From assembly GCA_951406725.2 (NCBI GenBank), contig OX597836.1, forward strand, positions 19,282,001 through 19,346,000: a stretch of 64,000 nt of DNA. The letters run 5' to 3'. Every line of letters begins with the position of its first letter. Position 1 is the first letter of the stretch. The notes beneath the pieces were generated by a model, which saw only the letters and a list, made by a program, of their open reading frames with translations, was not told the DNA's origin and did no database searches. This document shows positions 57,040 to 64,000 of the stretch, piece by piece. The stretch is from Octopus vulgaris. Taxonomy: Eukaryota. The position numbers and the translations under genes are program-made.

Positions 57040-60000
57040 TCATTTTAAGGTCTACTTTTCCATGCTTGCTCGCATTGGACAAGATTTGTTGGGTCAGGAT
57101 TTTCCATAGCCAGATGCCATTCCTGTTGCCAACCGTCATTTGTTTTTAAGCAAGGTAATATCTTCCATGGCCAGACACTCATTTTACCATTATCGCATGA
57201 TATCAAAATAAAGTGACAAACACAAAGACAGATATACATATATATACATATAAAATAATGAAATTATTGTATACAGTACTCAGGTGCACCACAACTTGTC
57301 AAAAAGTGCGTATAAAGTATATGCAGTAATGTACAAATGTCTGGAAAGCGAACAGTGTATGAGTCAGATACATGCTTGCGTGTGTATGGTGGGGAGAAAA
57401 TCAGGTGTAGTGTTGGCGAATCTCAGGAAGCATGGAAGTTTTGAAGGATGCAGTGCTCCGACAACTAACAACTGATGCCGGCAGTCTGTTCCATGCTTCA
57501 GCAACTCTCTATATATATAGTTCAATTAATACCAACCCACATGGGACTTCTCTCTGGTTCTATGGGACACACTTCCTGTTTTGAACTCACCAAAATTAAA
57601 AGATTCCATCAAAATTTCATGTTAATTTATGATCCAAACAACAACTTAATAATGGTTTCAAATATTGGCACAAGACCAGCAATTTTTAGGGTAGGGGTAA
57701 GTCACGTACATCAATCCTGAAAGGCTGAAAGGCAAAGTTGACTTCAGTGAAATCTGAATTTAGAATGTAAAGGTGTTGTTGAAATGTCCAGGTGTTGGTG
57801 TTAGCGCTAGTGGTTGGTTGAACTTACAGTTGTAGTGACTGTATAGGTTCATGTTGTAGTGGTGTTCTTTGTTTTACACGTTTGTGGCTAGTAATACATA
57901 TATATTTCTTTATTGCCCACAAGGGGCTAAACATAGAGGGGACAAACAAGGACAGACAAAGAGATTAAGTCGGTTACATCGACCTCAGTGCATAACTGGT
58001 ACTTAATTTATCGACCCCGAAAGGATGAAAGGCAAAGTGGACCTCGGCGGAATTTGAACTCAGAACGTAACGGTAGACGAAATACCGCTAATCATTTCGC
58101 CAGGCACGCTAACGTTTCTGCCAGCTCGCTGCCTTGCTAGTTATACATATAGCTGCATTAATGTTCTAGAAGCCATCCCAGTGTGCTGTTGACCTATCAA
58201 TCTATCTAGGTGTTTCTAAGTGACTCAACGTACACTCTCAAACACTGTATGTTGAGTTGCCATTCCTGAACTATCACTAGGCACCAAGACATAAAATGAT
58301 AAATTGTGTCTTTTATATTTACCTTTAAGATGATTCCATCAGCGTTTTCGATCAAGGTCTTACAGTTAGCCACCAACTGGAACACAAAAAAAGACAGATA
58401 ACAGTACAGTACAAGAATTATAAGTGACACCAATGAAAGACATCCTCACCCCCATCATTGTCGTCATCCTAACAACAACAACAACCACCTATTTCTTTAC
58501 TACCCACAAGGGGCTAAACACAGAGGGGACAAACAAGGACAGACAAACAGATTAAGTCAATTACATCGACCCCAGTGCGTAACTGGTACTTAATTTAATC
58601 GACCCCAAAAGGATGAAAGGCAAAGTCGACCTCGGTGGAATTTGAACTCAGAACGTAACGACAGACGAAATACCTATTTCTTTACTACCCACAAGGGGCT
58701 AAATACAGAGGGGACAAACAAGGACAGACAAACGGATTAAGTCGATTATATCGACCCCCAGTGCGTAACTGGTACTTAATTTATCGACCCCGAAAGGATG
58801 AAAGGCAAAGTCGACCTCGGCGGAATTTGAACTCAGAACGTAATGGCAGATGAAATACTGCTAAGCATTTCGCCCGGCGTGCTAACGTTTCTACCACCAC
58901 CACCACAACGATTATCACTACTACTACTATCATCATCATCATCATCATCACCACCACCACCGCTACCTTGATTATCATCATCGTATTGTCAATTTCTTCT
59001 GTTTTCTGCATCTCAAATCAATTGAGTCTTTGATCAGTTTTAACAACCGAAGACAGCAACGACAAAAATGCTTGTGATGAGAACAGGCAATAACGACAAT
59101 CATGATTATGACGATGATAATAATTACAATGGTGACAATGATGATACTTATGATGATGATGATACTGATTGTGATAAATTATAATGGTGTTGATATTGAT
59201 GAGGATGACGTTAGAAATGATAGCAATAATGATAATGGTGGTGGTAGGAGTAATATTGATGATGATGGTGGAGGGAGGAAAGGAAAACTTAAAAAATGTA
59301 AACAGTTACTCACTTCATTAAAAGAGATCATAGCTTTTTTCACTAAATCTGGCAACATAAACTGTGACCCTCGGTACTCCAGATGGGGGTACTGAAACAA
59401 AAATGGAGACAAAAATTACTACAACTAATAGGGGTGGTGCAAAGGAACAGTTAGACACTAGTATATCGCAGGTAAGAATACTGAGTGAGGAAATTAAAAT
59501 TACTACAAAACACAATGGATAAGAGAATAGATGACAACCCCCGTAGAATGTTCGAGTAGTGACTGATGATGCTGTCCTCAAAAGGGAAACCAGTCCTGAA
59601 TGTTTGTGACAGAGTGGACTCTGCATAAAGGTACCTAAGGAACCTGGTGACCGTTCAACCTTTTAGCTTTCAGATTACTCTGTCAAAAGCAGTGTTTATT
59701 TATCCACATGGGTTTGAGTTAATCATGCATAATCTCATAGCTTTGAGATTTTGAGTTTGTGATTGTCTATATTTAGACTGACATTGTAGGGTTAGTGTGA
59801 GAAGCTGGCTCTGGCTAGTTTTAACATAAAACAGATTGAATATTTGGGGCCTGATAAGACTGGTTTAAATGTTAAATGGTTAAATCTATCACCCAAGAAC
59901 TCAGACTGCAAAGACCCTGAACAAATACCATGAAGCACCTCATACAATGCTTCCACATCTCAAAAATCCATTGTCTTGAATGATTGGCATTTTATTTTAT

Positions 60001-62291
60001 TGACCCTTTCATTACCAACCCAGCTGAAACTGGCTCTGGCTTTGAATACAAATATTTTGTTTTCACAAGTTTTGAATTAAAATCTTCCACTAAACCTTAA
60101 TCACAATTTATATTCCTAACACTAGCTGAATGATAACAAAGTTATTTCACTAAATTCTTTGTTATATTTAAAGTAATTGAAAGAAACACAGAGCATCTTC
60201 AACAGAAATACAGTAACAAAAGGGTTAAAGGATAAAAGGTGAAGTTGACATCGGTAGGATTTGAACTCAGAACACAAAGAACCAGAACAAATACTAGGTT
60301 GAGGAAAAAAGTTTGTGTGCTGTGTTAAGCATTATTTGAACACAGCATTATTTTATAAATAATGCCATGTTAAAATAATGCTTAACATGGCACACAAATT
60401 TTTTCCTCAACCTCATACCTTAAGACATTTTGTCCCTAACCACTAACAATTCTGCCAATCTGCTCCAGGTCCTATGCAGTGAGACCCAACTGGAACAGTG
60501 TGGTTGTGAAATAAAACTGCTTCAACACATAGCCATACAGATAGGACCTTAAATCAACCCCTGTCCCATTCATACATATATACACTGCTGTCATTGATTA
60601 CTGAAAAAAAGACAAAAAAAAAACAGGCTATCCAAAGAATACTCACCATTCCTTTAAGAAACATACTAAACTGGTCCCCACTGGTGTTGATGACACGCGA
60701 TGCCAGAAGGCGAACACCTTGCTTGATGTTAGCAATTGGTTGTAAACCACAGATGTCTTTGAAAGACATCAGGGCATTGTGGACACTATCTCTTAGCTCA
60801 AGTCCTTCTTTCAAGGGACCCACAGCACTCTGAAATAATTGATCGGAAAGTAAGTTCAATCTTCACAGAAAAACGAAAAAAATATCATTTGAGTTTTTCA
60901 AGCCAATATCTTGTGTAACAAAAACTAATCATCCTGGGCATTATTGTTCCTACGCATCTGCCACACAGGAAAATGACCTTACCTGATAACCTACCCATGA
61001 TTCCACTGCATCTCTTGTGTCTATGGAAGTAGTATGTCTATTTTCCAGTTTCTTTTACTTGTTGCAATCATACTGGTGGGGCACTACATTTAAAGGGTTC
61101 TGGTCGGAGAGATCAACCCCAGTACTTGTTTTTACTCTGGTACTTTAACTAATGGTCTCTTTTGCCAAACTGCTTTCTTACAGGGACATAAACAAACCAA
61201 CATCGGTTGTCAAACAATGTGGTGGGGGATAGACACAAACACACACAGATTCTGCATACCAAATTCACAAAACAGTAAGAGAGGACACTTGCATAAGGTG
61301 GCATGCTTGCACCCATTATAGGTGTACAAATTTATACTTTATCTACAGCAAAGAATTCCTTCGAGATACTATTTCCTCAGCTGTGAGATGTATAGAGTTT
61401 AGGATCTCTCGTGAGCCAAAGACTTCATAAAGCCAAAGATTAATCTAGTTTCCACAGCATATAAGTGTCTGAGATTATAACACTTGTCCCACTCCCTGGA
61501 TGAGATGCTAGTCCATTGCAGGGTTAACTTCTCCAGCTATTACTGGAACTTATTTACAGCTGAGTGGGACTGGAGCAAAGTTAATAATAATCGAACAGTG
61601 TATGGGTCAGATACATGCTTGCTTGTGTATGGAGGGGAGAAAATCAGGTGTAGTTTTGGCAAATCTCAGGAAGCATGGAAGTTTTGAAGGATGCAGTGCT
61701 CCGACAACTCACGGGTGTTAGATGGGTGGAGTTTGAAAAGGTGCTCAGAGTTATTGTTTGTATGATGGTTGATAATTTTATGGGTGTCTGCCAAGTCAGC
61801 TGCCAGACGTCAGAGTTTCAATGAGTCCATGCCCAGGGAAGTAAGGCGTTCAGAATATGGCAAATGAAGTGCTTTACTCAAGAATACAATGTATCATTTG
61901 GTCCAGGAACCAAAATCATGATCATAAGATTGCGAGTTCAACAATCTTCACTTATGCAGGGTTTACATTTGGACTATGCATTCACCAAGGAATTGGCAAA
62001 AATTACAATGAATGTTCAACCCAACATAATACTCCTACTCATCTACCAACCCACATTGACTCTGGGTATATTTAAGGATTTATGCTTAACAATATATTAC
62101 GCATTACAAACAATATTAATTGGTTGGCATTTCTAATTAAAACATATAAATATACATGTATGATGACTGATGCTATTAAAATAATGTCTCACCTTGAAAG
62201 TCTCATCTATACACTTGATCCCCGTATTCTTCACCGATATCGACTCCTGTTTATGGGTTCGACTTGACTTGAGGCCACGCTTGCTACCTTT
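53451..62291 (-). CDS. Uncharacterised protein, last 7 exons (219 aa visible; 5' end probably beyond the window)
   Basis: Seven unique-sequence exons with strong AG/GT sites splice into one stop-free frame, all in phase 0, ending ...LLKDTGSSV*. I recognise no named domain. Confidence 0.82.
55278..55373 (-). CDS. Unknown gene exon (AIEHFAWNVRMLRGQSDLLQQAKKDCSEDVRQ)
   Basis: ttttag acceptor and gtattt donor; 96 nt. Confidence 0.82.
56460..56552 (-). CDS. Unknown gene exon (LNNCQSMGLQWHDELESLCSQSGLKGKKITK)
   Basis: ttacag acceptor and gtatgt donor; 93 nt. Confidence 0.82.
58323..58376 (-). CDS. Unknown gene exon (LVANCKTLIENADGIILK)
   Basis: ttccag acceptor and gtaaat donor; 54 nt. Confidence 0.8.
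59314..59391 (-). CDS. Unknown gene exon (YPHLEYRGSQFMLPDLVKKAMISFNE)
   Basis: tttcag acceptor and gtgagt donor; 78 nt. Confidence 0.82.
60647..60829 (-). CDS. Unknown gene exon (SAVGPLKEGLELRDSV...FSMFLKGM)
   Basis: tttcag acceptor and gtgagt donor; 183 nt open. Confidence 0.85.
62193..62291 (-). CDS. Unknown gene exon (KGSKRGLKSSRTHKQESISVKNTGIKCIDETFK)
   Basis: ttttacag acceptor and gtgaga donor; 99 nt open. Confidence 0.78.
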
Positions 62292-62369
62292 CTGTAAAAA
62301 CACAACATTGAAACTTTTAGATTGGTTGTTTAACCTTTGTTTATGAATACAGCACTATATATATGTATA

Positions 62370-62417
<48 letters not shown>

Positions 62418-62564
62418 CATACACACACACACGCACGCACACACATATATATGAATAAAAGTTTTGGCCAGTTAGCCAAATTTCCATTTTCTAACATTAT
62501 TTTAACTTTATTAACTTGAAAAAGTGATCAATTATGATGATTAATTGTGAAAAAATTTTATCTT

Positions 62565-62627
<63 letters not shown>

Positions 62628-63074
62628 CACACACACACACACATACACATATAGTAAATTTCAGTGACAAGCAAAGCAAGATGACTAGTAGGACAACTTA
62701 GTATTGCATAAGCGTTTCCCACTGAAATCATATTCTGAACCAAATATTTTTGCAAATTGAACAAGGTTAGAAGTCATTGACACTTTTCTTTATCTTAGAA
62801 TTGCACTGTCAAGAGATAGTGGCTTTGATGTATCATCATCATCATCATTTAACGTTCGCTTTCCATGCTAGCATGGGTTGGACAATTTTGACTGAGGGCT
62901 GGCGAACCAGATGGCTGCACTAGGCTCCAATCTTGATCTGGCAGAGTTTCTACAGCTGGATGCCCTTCCTAACACCAACCACTCCGAGAGTGTAGTGGGT
63001 GCTTTTTATGTGCCACAGACACAGGGCCAGTCTGGCGGTACTGGCAACGATACAGATATACTATTGAACAGAGA

Positions 63075-63430
63075 AGGGAAGTGTTACATTTGGAAAGCTG
63101 GATAAGTGAGCATAGGTGGATAGAGGTATTTCCTTGCAGACAAAAATCAGTGTCTATAAAATGTGTGTGTCAATTGCACCTTTTTTATTCGAGTGAGATG
63201 TGGACCACTCACAGGCATCATATAAAAATGCTGGAGAGATTTCACCAAAAGTGCCCCAGGGAGTCAAGTAGGAATGTTTTATACCGGATACAGAAGTTAT
63301 GCACATGGCATGTTGTAGTTCAATTGAACAACATGTCATCTTGGCTCAAATGAGATCGGCTGGACAAGTTATTAGAAGGAAAGACGAGCAATTGCCAACA
63401 CGTCATTTTTATGGTCTTGTGACATATGAC
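63075..63430 (+). mobile_element. Decayed RTE LINE C-terminal fragment
   Basis: LFYSSEMWTTHRHHIKMLERFHQKC and AQMRSAGQVIRRKDEQLP..FYG resemble RTE C-terminal motifs. Confidence 0.7.
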
Positions 63431-63739
63431 ACAAGGTGGTCAGGGTTCAAGTTTATCACTTGCCCGGGCACTTTGGTTTTCATGGGACTTTATACGATTC
63501 TGTATCCTGCACACAATACATTCCAATATTCACCGTTGATTTCAGTTCCAGTCGTTCCTTTCTGACAAGCCCTTTTAAGCTCAGGCTACTGAATCACCTT
63601 TCCCCCTCCAGGCATGGCAACCACTCCTAACAGCAGCTCTCCACCTGTTCTGACCCAGAGCAGCAGTTTCGCATTCACTTTTGTTCATATCTAGTTTCTT
63701 CAGGTTTTTTTTTTCACAGTCTTTATACTTTTTCCGAGT

Positions 63740-64000
63740 GGAGGCGCAATGGCCCAGTGGTTAGGGCAGCAGACTCGCGGTCATTGGATCGCGGTTTCGA
63801 ATCCCAGACCGGGCGTTGTGAGTGTTTATTGAGCGAAAACACCTAAAGCTCCACGAGGCTCCGGCAGGGGATGGTGGTGATCCCTGTTGTACTCTTTCAC
63901 CACAACTTTCTCTCACTCTTACTTCCTGTTTCTGTTGTACCTGTATTTCAAGGGGCCGGCCTTGTCACACTCTGTGTCACGCTGAATATCTCCGAGAACT
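63740..64000 (+). mobile_element. tRNA-derived SINE family C (second copy at about 21660-21848 on the minus strand)
   Basis: tRNA-like head GGAGGCGCAATGGCCCAGTGGTTAGGG...GGTTTCGAATCCC continuing into a non-tRNA body; two copies in the window. Confidence 0.8.

Noticed and set aside
57828-57887. 60-nt exon-like segment on the minus strand with a perfect GTAAGT donor inside the unknown gene
   Set aside because: In-frame TGA in phase 0, weak polypyrimidine tract and low-complexity content. The gene splices cleanly without it. A poison exon cannot be excluded without RNA data.
59563-59597. CUGAUGA...GAAACCAGUC motif
   Set aside because: Stem II is offset by 6 nt from the core and no stem I pairing is possible.
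63740-63812. Possible tRNA gene (also the heads at 2071 and 23710)
   Set aside because: The tRNA-like head continues into a repeated non-tRNA body with no clean cloverleaf or terminator, so these are SINE heads.

Overview
AT-rich, repeat-dense eukaryotic genomic DNA. The SINE/LINE repertoire and microsatellite load point to an octopod cephalopod (Octopus sp.); this is an inference. Three spliced genes were reconstructed by hand from GT-AG sites and frame continuity. (1) A complete 19-exon MCM9 helicase on the minus strand (32994->1243, 694 aa) that lacks the long vertebrate C-terminal extension. (2) A complete 5-exon ISCU Fe-S scaffold on the plus strand (33312->42466, 152 aa), head-to-head with MCM9 across only 317 bp. 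(3) The last 7 exons of an unidentified helical protein on the minus strand (62291->53451), all joined in phase 0; its 5' end is probably outside the window. Nearly all other ORFs in the track are repeat-derived. Introns are filled with tRNA-derived SINEs, RTE/CR1/CRE LINE fragments, TTAA-flanked and mariner-type MITEs, Helitrons and Penelope-like fragments. The most interesting non-coding signals are: type I hammerhead-ribozyme folds in Penelope-like repeats (one with an intact CUGAUGA/GAAA core, two with a shared non-canonical CUGUCGAA core); SINE multimers that share one exact junction at four independent loci; an isolated, highly structured RTE-5'UTR-like RNA; long fold-backs; and two candidate A-to-I-sensitive codons in MCM9. 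No databases or folding programs were run.
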